Below are positions 1 through 13,600 of a stretch of 64,000 nt of DNA, one piece after another. The stretch lies in the NCBI RefSeq assembly GCF_009914755.1, contig NC_060948.1; one strand, written 5' to 3'. Source of the DNA: the human T2T-CHM13v2.0 reference genome, Homo sapiens. How positions within the stretch are numbered: position 1 is the stretch's first letter; every line of letters begins with the position of its first letter. The notes under the pieces were generated by a model. The model searched no databases. It saw only the letters and a list, made by a program, of their open reading frames with translations, and was not told the DNA's origin. A program made the translations under genes and the position numbers.

Positions 1-545
1 CAAAGGAATGGAATAGAATGGAATGGAATCGAATGGAAAGGACTCGAATGGAAATCACTCGAATAGAATGCAATTTAATAAAATAGGATCAAATGTAATG
101 GAATGGAATGGAAGGGAATCGAAACGAAAGGAATGGAGACAGATGGAATGGAATGGAAGAGAGAGCAATGGTATAGAATGGAATGGAATCATCTGGAATG
201 GAATTGAATGGAATGGAATAATATGAAATGGAATGGAATGGAATGGAATGGAATGCCCTTGAATTAAATGGACTGGAATGGAATGGACTCGAACAGAGTG
301 GAATGGAAAGTGTTGAGATAGAATGGAATGGACTCCTTTGGAATGGTGTAGTATGCAATGCAATCGACTGGCAGGGAATCAAAAGGAATGTAATGGAATG
401 GATTGGACTGGAATGCAATGGACTCGAATAGATTGGAAACGGAATGCAAAGGAATGGAATGGAATAGTATGGAATGGAATGGAAAGGAATGGAGTGGAAT
501 AGACTAGAGTGGAATGGAATGGACTGGAAAGCAATGGACTGGAAT

Positions 546-560
546 GGAACTTTCTTGAAT
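546..560. promoter_or_regulatory. Canonical heat-shock element motif HSE-a (gGAActTTCttGAAt), repeated in most units
   Basis: Exact match to nGAAnnTTCnnGAAn; recurs e.g. at 4110. Function is not shown by sequence. Confidence 0.5.
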
Positions 561-2803
561 GGACTGGAATCAAACGGAATGGAATGCAATGCAATCAAAT
601 GGCATGGAATAAAATAGAATGAAAGAGAATCAAATGGAATTGAATCGAATGGAATCGAATGGATTGGAAAGGAATAGAATGGAATGGAATGGAATTGACT
701 CAAATGGAATGGACTAGAATGGAATGGATTCGAATGGAAGGCAAAGGAATGGAATCTATTGGAATGGACTGTAATGGAATGGAATGGAAGGGATTGGAAT
801 GGACTCGAATGGAATGGACTGCAATAGAAAGGATTCGAATGGAATGAAAAAGAATTGAATGGAATAGAACAGAATGGAATCAAATCGAATGAAATGGAAT
901 GGAATAGAAAGGAATGGAATGAAATGGAATGGAAAGGATTCGAATGGAATGCAATCGAATGGAATGGAATCGAACGGAATGGAATAAAATGGAAGAAAAC
1001 TGGCAAGAAATGGAATCGAAATGAATGGAGTGTTATGGAACGGACTCAAAAGGAATTGAATGTAATAGAATGGAGTGGAGTGGACTCGAATATAATGGAC
1101 TGGAATGGAATGAAATCACATGGAATGGGAACGAATGGAATGGAATGGAAAGGAATGGAATCGAATGGAAAGGAATCGAATGGAAGGGAATGAAATTGAA
1201 TCAACACGAATGGAAGGGAATAGAATAGACGGTAATGGAATGGACTCGAATAGAATGGACAGGAATGCTCAAATTGAATGGACTCGAATGGAATGGAAAC
1301 GAAAGGAATGTCATCGAATGGAATTGAATCGATTGGAATGAAATCGTATAGAATGGAGTGGAATCAAATGGAATTGAATCGAAAGGAAAGGAAGCAAATG
1401 GACTGAAATGAAATGGAATGGAATTGAATGGAAAGTTATGTAATGGAATAGAATGGAACGAAATTTCACGGAATGGAATCAAACTGAATGGAATCAAATC
1501 AATGGAATCAAATCAAATGGAATGGATAGGAATTGAATGGAGTAGATTGGATTGGATGGGATTGGAATGAAATGTACTGGAAAGGACTCGAATTTCATGA
1601 AACGGAATGGAATGAATTGGAACGGAACGGACTGGAATGGAGTGGAATGTCATGGAATGGCATCAAATGGAATGGCATCAAATGGAATGGAATCGAATGC
1701 AATGGAATGCTATGGAATGGAATGGAATGCATTGGAATGGAATGTCCTCTAATGGAATGGATTCGAGTGGAATGGAATCGAATATAATGGAGTCGAATGA
1801 AATGGAATTGAAAGGAATGGGATCGAATACAATGGAATATACTGGAATGTAATGTAATGAACTCGAATGTAATTGACTGGAATGGAATGTACATGAATGG
1901 AATGTAATCGAATGGAAAGTAATCCAATGGAATAGAATCTAATGCAATAAAATCGACTCAGATAGAGTAGAATGTAATGGAATGGAGTGCAGTGCAATGG
2001 AATGGAAAGGAATGGAATGCAATGGAATGGAATGGAATGGAATGGAATGGAATGGAATGGAATGGAATGGAATGGTGTGGAATGGATAGTAATGGACTGG
2101 AGTGAAATGGACTGGAAAGGAATGGACTCAAATTGAAAGGGCTCGAAAGGAATGGAGTCAAATGGAATGGTCTGGAATGGAATGAACACGAATGTAATGC
2201 AATCCAATAGAATGGAATCGAATGGCATGGAATATAAAGAAATGGAATCGAAGAGAATGGAAACAAATGGAATGGAATTGAGTGGAATGGAATTGAATGG
2301 AATGGGAACGAATGGAGTGAAATTGTATGCAGTAGAAGGGAATAGAATGGAATGCAAGCGAAAGGAAAGGAATGGATTGGAATGGAATGGAATTCATTGG
2401 AATGGAAGGGAATGTAGTGTAATGGACAGGCCTGGAATAAAGTGGAATGCTACGGTCTCGAATGGAATAAAAATGTATGGAATGGAATGCAATGAAACGG
2501 AATCGAATGTCATAGAATGTAATGGAATGCAACAAAATGGAATCCAAAATCATTGACTGGAAAGGCTGGGTGTCGAAAGGAATTGACTCCAATGGAATGG
2601 AATCGAATGGAATGGAAGTGAATAGAATCGAACTAAATCGAATGGAATGGAATTGATAGGAACGGAATGGAAAGGAATGCAATGATTTGGCATGGAATGG
2701 AATCGAATGGCATCGAATGGAATGGAATGGAATGCAATGGAATGGAATGTATTAGAATGTAATGAACTTTAATGGAATGTACTCGAATGGATTCGACTGG
2801 AAT

Positions 2804-2818
2804 GGAATGTTCTGGAAG
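2804..2818. promoter_or_regulatory. Canonical heat-shock element motif HSE-b (gGAAtgTTCtgGAAg), repeated in most units
   Basis: Exact match to nGAAnnTTCnnGAAn. Function is not shown by sequence. Confidence 0.5.
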
Positions 2819-3083
2819 TGAATGGACTCCAATGGAATGGATTCAAAAGGAATGGAATCGTACGGAATGGAATCTAATGGAATGGAATTAAATGGAAATG
2901 AATCAAATTGAATAGCACGGAATTGAATTGAATGGAATGGAATGCAATGGAATCTAATGAAACGGAAAGGAAAGGAATGGAATGGAATGGAATGGGCTGG
3001 AATGGAAAGGAATCGAAACGAATGGAATGGAATCGAACTGAAGAGACTGGAATGGAATGCACTGGAATGGAAGGGAGTGTAAT

Positions 3084-3098
3084 GGAAGGTTCTCGAAA
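3084..3098. promoter_or_regulatory. Canonical heat-shock element motif HSE-c (gGAAggTTCtcGAAa), repeated in full units
   Basis: Exact match to nGAAnnTTCnnGAAn. Function is not shown by sequence. Confidence 0.5.
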
Positions 3099-3564
3099 AA
3101 AATGGAATCGAATGGAATGGAATTGAATGGAACGGAATAGAGTCGAATGGAATTGAATGGAATGGAATGGACTAGAGTGAAATGGAATCGAACCACAAGG
3201 AATGGAGAGGAATAGAATGGTCTCGAATTGAATGGAATCGTATGGAATGGCATCAAACGGAATGGAATGGACAGCCACGGAATGGAATGCACTCGAATGC
3301 AATGGAGTCGAAACTAATGGAATGGAATAGAATGGACTCGACTGGTACGGACTCCAATGGAATGGAATCGAATGGAAGGGAATCGAACGGAATGGACTCG
3401 AAGGGAAAAGACTGCAATGGAAAGGTCTCGAATGGAATGGAAATTAATGGAATGGAATGGAAACGAATGAAATGGAGTCAAAAGGAATGGAATCGAATGG
3501 CAAGAAATCGAATGTAATGGAATCGCAAGGAATTGATGTGAACGGAACGGAATGGAATGGAATC

Positions 3565-6500
3565 CAAAGGAATGGAATAGAATGGAATGGAATCGAATGG
3601 AAAGGACTCGAATGGAAATCACTCGAATAGAATGCAATTTAATAAAATAGGATCAAATGTAATGGAATGGAATGGAAAGGAATCGAAACGAAAGGAATGG
3701 AGACAGATGGAATGGAATGGAACAGAGAGCAATGGTATAGAATGGAATGGAATCATCTGGAATGGAATTGAATGGAATGGAATAATATGAAATGGAATGG
3801 AATGGAATGGAATGGAATGCCCTTGAATTAAATGGACTGGAATGGAATGGACTCGAACAGAGTGGAATGGAAAGTGTTGAGATAGAATGGAATGGACTCC
3901 TTTGGAATGGTCTAGTATGCAATGCAATCGACTGGCAGGGAATCAAAAGGAATGTAATGGAATGGACTGGACTGGAATGCAATGGACTCGAATAGATTGG
4001 AAACGGAATGCAAAGGAATGGAATGGAATAGTATGGAATGGAATGGAAAGGAATGGAGTGGAATAGAATAGAGTGGAATGGAATGGACTGGAAAGCAATG
4101 GACTGGAATGGAACTTTCTTGAATGGACTGGAATCAAACGGAATGGAATGCAATGCAATCAAATGGCATGGAATAAAATAGAATGAAAGAGAATCAAATG
4201 GAATTGAATCGAATGGAATCGAATGGATTGGAAAGGAATAGAATGGAATGGAATGGAATTGACTCAAATGGAATGGACTAGAATGGAATGGATTCGAATG
4301 GAAGGCAAAGGAATGGAATCTATTGGAATGGACTGTAATGGAATGGAATGGAAGGGATTGGAATGGACTCGAATGGAATGGACTGCAATAGAAAGGATTC
4401 GAATGGAATGAAAAAGAATTGAATGGAATAGAACAGAATGGAATCAAATCGAATGAAATGGAATGGAATAGAAAGGAATGGAATGAAATGGAATGGAAAG
4501 GATTCGAATGGAATGCAATCGAATGGAATGGAATCGAACGGAATGGAATAAAATGGAAGAAAACTGGCAAGAAATGGAATCGAAATGAATGGAGTGTTAT
4601 GGAACGGACTCAAAAGGAATTGAATGTAATAGAATGGAGTGGAGTGGACTCGAATATAATGGACTGGAAAGGAATGAAATCACATGGAATGGGAACGAAT
4701 GGAATGGAAAGGAATGGAATCGAATGGAAAGGAATCGAATGGAAGGGAATGAAATTGAATCAACAGGAATGGAAGGGAATAGAATAGACGGTAATGGAAT
4801 GGACTCGAATAGAATGGACACGAATGCTCAAATTGAATGGACTCGAATGGAATGGAAACGAAAGGAATGTCATCGAATGGAATTGAATCGATTGGAATGA
4901 AATCGCATAGAATGGAGTGGAATCAAATGGAATTGAATCGAAAGGAAAGGAAGCGAATGGACTGAAATGAAATGGAATGGAATTGAATGGAAAGTAATGC
5001 AATGGAATAGAATGGAACGAAATTTCACGGAATGGAATCAAACTGAATGGAATCAAATCAATGGAATCAAATCAAATGGAATGGAAAGGAATTGAATGGA
5101 GTAGATTGGATTGGATGGGATTGGAATGAAATGTACTGGAAAGGACTCGAATTTCATGAAACGGAATGGAATGAATTGGAACGGAATGGACTCGAATGGA
5201 ATGGAATGTCATGGAATGGCATCAAATGGAATGGCATCAAATGGAATGGAATCGAATGCAATGGAATGCTATGGAATGGAATGGAATGCATTGGAATGGA
5301 ATGTCCTCTAATGGAATGGATTCGAGTGGAATGGAATCGAATATAATGGAGTCGAATGAAATGGAATTGAAAGGAATGGGATCGAATAGAATGGAATATA
5401 CTGGAATGTAATGTAATGAACTCGAATGTAATTGACTGGAATGGAATGTACATGAATGGAATGTAATCGAATGGAAAGTAATCCAATGGAATAGAATCTA
5501 ATGCAATAAAACCGACTCAGATAGAGTAGAATGTAATGGAATGGAGTGCAGTACAATGGAAGGGAATGGAATTGAATGCAATAGAATGGAATGGAATGGA
5601 ATGGAATGGAATGGAATGGAATGGAATGGAATGGGATGGAATGGTATGGAATGGATAGTAATGGACTGGAGTGAAATGGACTGGAAAGGATTGGACTCAA
5701 ATTGAAAGGGCTCGAAAGGAATGGAGTCAAATGGAATGGTCTGGAATGGAATGAACACGAATGTAATGCAATCCAATAGAATGGAATCGAATGGCATGGA
5801 ATATAAAGAAATGGAATCGAAGAGAATGGAAACAAATGGAATGGAATTGAATGGAATGGAATTGAATGGAATGGGAACGAATGGAGTGAAATTGTATGCA
5901 GTAGAAGGGAATAGAATGGAATGCAAGCGAAAGGAAAGGAATGGATTGGAATGGAATGGAATTCATTGGAATGGAAGGGAATGTAGTGTAATGGACAGGC
6001 CTGGAATAAAGTGGAATGCTACGGTCTCGAATGGAATAAAAATATATGGAATGGAATGCAATGAAACGGAATCGAATGTCATAGAATGTAATGGAATGCA
6101 AAAAAATTGAATCCAAAATCATTGACTGGAAAGGCTGGGTGTCGAAAGGAATTGACTCCAATGGAATGGAATCGAATGGAATGGAAGTGAATAGAATGGA
6201 ACTAAATCGAATGGAATGGAATTGATAGGAACGGAATGGAAAGGAATGCAATGATTTGGCATGGAATGGAATCGAATGGCATCGAATGGAATGGAATGGA
6301 ATGCAATGGAATGGAATGTATTAGAATGTAATGAACTTTAATGGAATGTACTCGAATGGATTCGACTGGAATGGAATGTTCTGGAAGTGAATGGACTCCA
6401 ATGGAATGGATTCAAAAGGAATGGAATTGTACGGAATGGAATCTAATGGAATGGAATTAAATGGAAATGAATCAAATTGAATAGCACGGAATTGAATTGA

Positions 6501-7133
6501 ATGGAATGGAATGCAATGGAATCTAATGAAACGGAAAGGAAAGGAATGGAATGGAATGGAATGGACTGGAATGGAAAGGAATCGAAACGAATGGAATGAA
6601 ATCGAACTGAAGAGACTGGAATGGAATGCACTGGAATGGAAGGGAGTGTAATGGAAGGTTCTCGAAAAAAATGGAATGGAATGGAATGGAATTGAATGGA
6701 ACGGAATAGAGTCGAATGGAATTGAATGGAATGGAATGGACTAGAGTGAAATGGAATCGAACCACAAGGAATGGACAGGAATAGAATGGTCTCGAATTGA
6801 ATGGAATCGTATGGAATGGCATCAAACGGAATGGAATGGACAGCCACGGAATGGAATGCACTCGAATGCAATGGAGTCGAAACTAATGGAATGGAATAGA
6901 ATGGACTCGACTGGTACGGACTCCAATGGAATGGAATCGAATGGAAGGGAATCGAACGGAATGGACTCGAAGGGAAAAGACTGCAATGGAAAGGTCTCGA
7001 ATGGAATGGAAATTAATGGAATGGAATGGAATCGAATGAAATGGAGTCAAAAGGAATGGAATCGAATGGCAAGAAATCGAATGTAATGGAATCGCAAGGA
7101 ATTGATGTGAACGGAACGGAATGGAATGGAATC
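3565..7133 (+). repeat. DYZ1 unit U2 (3569 bp)
   Basis: Landmark at 3587, next at 7156. Confidence 0.92.
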
Positions 7134-10100
7134 CAAAGGAATGGAATAGAATGGAATGGAATCGAATGGAAAGGACTCGAATGGAAATCACTCGAATAGA
7201 ATGCAATTTAATAATATAGGATCAAATGTAATTGAATGGAATGGAAAGGAATCGAAACGAAAGGAATGGAGACAGATGGAATGGAATGGAACAGAGAGCA
7301 ATGGTATAGAATGGAATGGAATCATCTGGAAAGGAATTGAATGGAATGGAATAATATGAAATGGAATGGAATGGAATGGAATGGAATGCCCTTGAATTAA
7401 ATGGACTGGAATGGAATGGACTCGAACAGAGTGGAATGGAAAGTGTTGAGATAGAATGGAATGGACTCCTTTAGAATGGTGTAGTATGCAATGCAATCGA
7501 CTGGCAGGGAATCAAAAGGAATGTAATCGAATGGATTGGACTGGAATGCAATGGACTCGAATAGATTGCAAACGGAATGCAAAGGAATGGAATGGAATAG
7601 TATGGAATGGAATGGAAAGGAATGGAGTGGAATAGACTAGAGTGGAATGGAATGGACTGGAAAGAAATGGACTGGAATGGAACTTTCTTGAATGGACTGG
7701 AATCAAACGGAATGGAATGCAATGCAATCAAATGGCATGGAATAAAATAGAATGAAAGAGAATCAAATGGAATTGAATCGAATGCAATCGAATGGATTGG
7801 AAAGGAATAGAATGGAATGGAATGGAATTGACTCAAATGGAATGGACTAGAATGGAATGGATTCGAATGGAAGGCAAAGGAATGGAATCTATTGGAATGG
7901 ACTGTAATGGAATGGAATGGAAGGGATTGCAATGGACTCGAATGCAATGGACTGCAATAGAAAGGATTCGAATGGAATGAAAAAGAATTGAATGGAATAG
8001 AACAGAATGGAATCAAATCGAATGAAATGGAATGGAATAGAAAGGAATGGAATGAAATGGAATGGAAAGGATTCGAATGGAATGCAATCGAATGGAATGG
8101 AGTCGTACGGAATGGAATAAAATGGAAGAAAACTGGCAAGAAATGGAATCGAAATGAATGGAGTGTTATGGAACGGACTCAAAAGGAATTGAATGTAATA
8201 GAATGGAGTGGAGTGGACTCGAATATAATGGACTGGAATGGAATGAAATCACATGGAATGGGAACGAATGGAATGGAATGGAAAGGAATGGAATCGAATG
8301 GAAAGGAATCGAATGGAAGGGAATGAAATTGAATCAACAGGAATGGAAGGGAATAGAATAGACGGTAATGGAATGGACTCGAATAGAATGGACACGAATG
8401 CTCAAATTGAATGGACTCGAATGGAATGGAAACGAAAGGAATGTCATCGAATGGAATTGAATCGATTGGAATGAAATCGCATAGAATGGAGTGGAATCAA
8501 ATGGAATTGAATCGAAAGGAAAGGAAGCGAATGGACTGAAATGAAATGGAATGGAATTGAATGGAAAGTAATGCAATGGAATAGAATGGAACGAAATTTC
8601 ACGGAATGGAATCAAACTGAATGGAATCAAATCAATGGAATCTAATCAAATGGAATGGAAAGGAATTGAATGGAGTAGATTGGATTGGATGGGATTGGAA
8701 TGAAATGTACTGGAAAGGACTCGAATTTCATGAAACGGAATGGAATGAATTGGAACGGAATGGACTCGAATGGAATGGAATGTCATGGAATGGCATCAAA
8801 TGGAATGGCATCAAATGGAATGGAATCGAATGCAATGGAATGCTATGGAATGGAATGGAATGCATTGGAATGGAATGTCCTCTAATGGAATGGATTCGAG
8901 TGGAATGGAATCGAATATAATGGAGTCGAATGAAATGGAATTGAAAGGAATGGGATCGAATACAATGGAATATACTGGAATGTAATGTAATGAACTAAAA
9001 TGTAATTGACTGGAATGGAATGTACATGAATGGAATGTAATCGAATGGAAAGTAATCCAATGGAATAGAATCTAATGCAATAAAATCGACTCAGATAGAG
9101 TAGAATGTAATGGAATGGAGTGCAGTGCAATGGAATGGAATGGAATGGAATGGAATGGAATGGAATGGAATGGGATGGAATGGTATGGAATGGACAGTAA
9201 TGGACTGGAGTGAAATGGACTGGAAAGGAATGGACTCAAATTGAAAGGGCTCGAAAGGAATAGAGACAAATGGAATGGTCTGGAATGGAAAGAACACGAA
9301 AGTAATGCAATCCAATAGAATGGAGTCGAATGGCATGGAATATAAAGAAATGGAATCGAAGAGAATGGAAACAAATGGAATGGAATTGAATGGAATGGAA
9401 TTGAATGGAATGGGAACGAATGGAGTGAAATTGTATGCAGTAGAAGAGAATAGAATGGAATGCAAGCGAAAGGAAAGGAATGGATTGGAATGGAATGGAA
9501 TTCATTGGAATGGAAGGGAATGTAGTGTAATGGACAGGCCTGGAATAAAGTGGAATGCTACGGTCTCGAATGGAATAAAAATGTATGGAATGGAATGCAA
9601 TGAAACGGAATCGAATGTCATAGAATGTAATGGAATGCAAAAAAATGGAATCCAAAATCATTGACTGGAAAGGCTGGGTGTCGAAAGGAATTGACTCCAA
9701 TGGAATGGAATCGAATGGAATGGAAGTGAATAGAATCGAACTAAATCGAATGGAATGGAATTGATAGGAACGGAATGGAAAGGAATGCAATGATTTGGCA
9801 TGGAATGGAATCGAATGGCATCGAATGGAATGGAATGGAATGCAATGGAATGGAATGTATTAGAATGTAATGAACTTTAATGGAATGTACTCGAATGGAT
9901 TCGACTGGAATGGAATGTTCTGGAAGTGAATGGACTCCAATGGAATGGATTCAAAAGGAATGGAATCGTACGGAATGGAATCTAATGGAATGGAATTAAA
10001 TGGAAATGAATCAAATTGAATAGCACGGAATTGAATTGAATGGAATGGAATGCAATGAAATCTAATGAAACGGAAAGGAAAGGAATGGAATGGAATGGAA

Positions 10101-10672
10101 TGGGCTGGAATGGAAAGGAATCGAAACGAATGGAATGGAATCGAACTGAAGAGACTGGAATGGAATGCACTGGAATGGAAGGGAGTGTAATGGAAGGTTC
10201 TCGAAAAAAATGGAATCGAATGGAATGGAATTGAATGGAACGGAATAGAGTCGAATGGAATTGAATGGAATGGAATGGACTAGAGTGAAATGGAATCGAA
10301 CCACCAGGAATGGACAGGAATAGAATGGTCTCGAATTGAATGGGATCGTATGGAATGGCATCAAACGGAATGGAATGGACAGCCACGGAATGGAATGCAC
10401 TCGAATGCAATGGAGTCGAAACTAATGGACTGGAATAGAATGGACTCGACTGGTACGGACTCCAATGGAATGGAATCGAATGGAAGGGAATCGAACGGAA
10501 TGGACTCGAAGGGAAAAGACTGCAATGGAAAGGTCTCGAATGGAATGGAAATTAATGGAATGGAATGGAATCGAATGAAATGGAGGCAAAAGGAATGGAA
10601 TCCAATGGCAAGAAATCGAATGTAATGGAATCGCAAGGAATTGATGTGAACGGAACGGAATGGAATGGAATC
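7134..10672 (+). repeat. DYZ1 unit U3 (3539 bp)
   Basis: Landmark at 7156, next at 10695; shortened pure GGAAT tract near 9130. Confidence 0.92.
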
Positions 10673-13600
10673 CAAAGGAATGGAATAGAATGGAATGGAA
10701 TCGAATGGAAAGGACTCGAATGGAAATCACTCGAATAGAATGCAATTTAATAAAATAGGATCAAATGTAATGGAATGGAATGGAAAGGAATCGAAACGAA
10801 AGGAATGGAGACAGATGGAATGGAATAGAACAGAGAGCAATGGTATAGAATGGAATGGAATCATCTGGAATGGAATTGAATGGAATGGAATAATATGAAA
10901 TGGAATGGAATGGAATGGAATGGAATGGAATGCCCTTGAATTAAATGGACTGGAATGGAATGGACTCGAACAGAGTGGAATGGAAAGTGTTGAGATAGAA
11001 TGGAATGGACTCCTTTGGAATGGTGTAGTATGCAATGCAATCGACTGGCAGGGAATCAAAAGGAATGTAATCGAATGGATTGGACTGGAATGCAATGGAC
11101 TCGAATAGATTGCAAACGGAATGCAAAGGAATGGAATGGAATAGTATGGAATGGAATGGAAAGGAATGGAGTGGAATAGAATAGAGTGGAATGGAATGGA
11201 CTGGAAAGCAATGGACTGGAATGGAACTTTCTTGAATGGACTGGAATCAAACGGAATGGAATGCAATGCAATCAAATGGCATGGAATAAAATAGAATGAA
11301 AGAGAATCAAATGGAATTGAATCGAATGGAATCGAATGGATTGGAAAGGAATAGAATGGAATGGAATGGAATTGACTCAAATGGAATGGACTAGAATGGA
11401 ATGGATTCGAATGGAAGGCAAAGGAATGGAATCTATTGGAATGGACTGTAATGGAATGGAATGGAAGGGATTGGAATGGACTCGAATGGAATGGACTGCA
11501 ATAGAAAGGATTCGAATGGAATGAAAAAGAATTGAATGGAATAGAACAGAATGGAATCAAATCGAATGAAATGGAATGGAATAGAAAGGAATGGAATGAA
11601 ATGGAATGGAAAGGATTCGAATGGAATGCAATCGAATGGAATGGAATCGAACGGAATGGAATAAAATGGAAGAAAACTGGCAAGAAATGGAATCGAAATG
11701 AATGGAGTGTTATGGAACGGACTCAAAAGGAATTGAATGTAATAGAATGGAGTGGAGTGGACTCGAATATAATGGACTGGAATGGAATGAAATCACATGG
11801 AATGGGAACGAATGGAATGGAATGGAAAGGAATGGAATCGAATGGAAAGGAATCGAATGGAAGGGAATGAAATTGAATCAACACGAATGGAAGGGAATAG
11901 AATAGACGGTAATGGAATGGACTCGAATAGAATGGACAGGAATGCTCAAATTGAATGGACTCGAATGGAATGGAAACGAAAGGAATGTCATCGAATGGAA
12001 TTGAATCGATTGGAATGAAATCGTATAGAATGGAGTGGAATCAAATGGAATTGAATCGAAAGGAAAGGAAGCAAATGGACTGAAATGAAATGGAATGGAA
12101 TTGAATGGAAAGTTATGTAATGGAATAGAATGGAACGAAATTTCACGGAATGGAATCAAACTGAATGGAATCAAATCAATGGAATCAAATCAAATGGAAT
12201 GGATAGGAATTGAATGGAGTAGATTGGATTGGATGGGATTGGAATGAAATGTACTGGAAAGGACTCGAATTTCATGAAACGGAATGGAATGAATTGGAAC
12301 GGAACGGACTCGAATGGAGTGGAATGTCATGGAATGGCATCAAATGGAATGGCATCAAATGGAATGGAATCGAATGCAATGGAATGCTATGGAATGGAAT
12401 GGAATGCATTGGAATGGAATGTCCTCTAATGGAATGGATTCGAGTGGAATGGAATCGAATATAATGGAGTCGAATGAAATGGAATTGAAAGGAATGGGAT
12501 CGAATACAATGGAATATACTGGAATGTAATGTAATGAACTCGAATGTAATTGACTGGAATGGAATGTACATGAATGGAATGTAATCGAATGGAAAGTAAT
12601 CCAATGGAATAGAATCTAATGCAATAAAATCGACTCAGATAGAGTAGAATGTAATGGAATGGAGTGCAGTGCAATGGAATGGAAAGGAATGGAATGCAAT
12701 GGAATGGAATGGAATGGAATGGAATGGAATGGAATGGAATGGAATGGAATGGTGTGGAATGGATAGTAATGGACTGGAGTGAAATGGACTGGAAAGGAAT
12801 GGACTCAAATTGAAAGGGCTCGAAAGGAATGGAGTCAAATGGAATGGTCTGGAATGGAATGAACACGAATGTAATGCAATCCAATAGAATGGAATCGAAT
12901 GGCATGGAATATAAAGAAATGGAATCGAAGAGAATGGAAACAAATGGAATGGAATTGAGTGGAATGGAATTGAATGGAATGGGAACGAATGGAGTGAAAT
13001 TGTATGCAGTAGAAGAGAATAGAATGGAATGCAAGCGAAAGGAAAGGAATGGATTGGAATGGAATGGAATTCATTGGAATGGAAGGGAATGTAGTGTAAT
13101 GGACAGGCCTGGAATAAAGTGGAATGCTACGGTCTCGAATGGAATAAAAATGTATGGAATGGAATGCAATGAAACGGAATCGAATGTCATAGAATGTAAT
13201 GGAATGCAAAAAAATGGAATCCAAAATCATTGACTGGAAAGGCTGGGTGTCGAAAGGAATTGACTCCAATGGAATGGAATCGAATGGAATGGAAGTGAAT
13301 AGAATCGAACTAAATCGAATGGAATGGAATTGATAGGAACGGAATGGAAAGGAATGCAATGATTTGGCATGGAATGGAATCGAATGGCATCGAATGGAAT
13401 GGAATGGAATGCAATGGAATGGAATGTATTAGAATGAAATGAACTTTAATGGAATGTACTCGAATGGATTCGACTGGAATGGAATGTTCTGGAAGTGAAT
13501 GGACTCCAATGGAATGGATTCAAAAGGAATGGAATCGTACGGAATGGAATCTAATGGAATGGAATTAAATGGAAATGAATCAAATTGAATAGCACGGAAT

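Larger units (their letters stand above)
1..3564 (+). repeat. DYZ1 unit U1 (3564 bp; phase set arbitrarily at window start)
   Basis: Landmark ORF MESNGKDSNG at 23 recurs at 3587. Confidence 0.92.

Noticed and set aside
70-90. AATAAA polyadenylation-like hexamers, several per unit
   Set aside because: They arise easily from AATGGA/AATAGA pentamer variants, and the sequence gives no evidence of a transcript end.
1540-1570. G-rich patch ggattggattggatgggattgg as a G-quadruplex
   Set aside because: It has mostly GG runs and only one GGG, no different from the background pentamer.
1459-1602. Additional HSE-like strings cgaaatttcacggaa and cgaatttcatgaa
   Set aside because: The first has a mismatched third core and the second has wrong GAA-TTC spacing; not counted as canonical HSEs.
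8636-8652. DUX4-like motif gaatctaatca / gaatcaaatca
   Set aside because: It lacks the 5' T of the TAAT half-site and is polymorphic among units; too weak to call.
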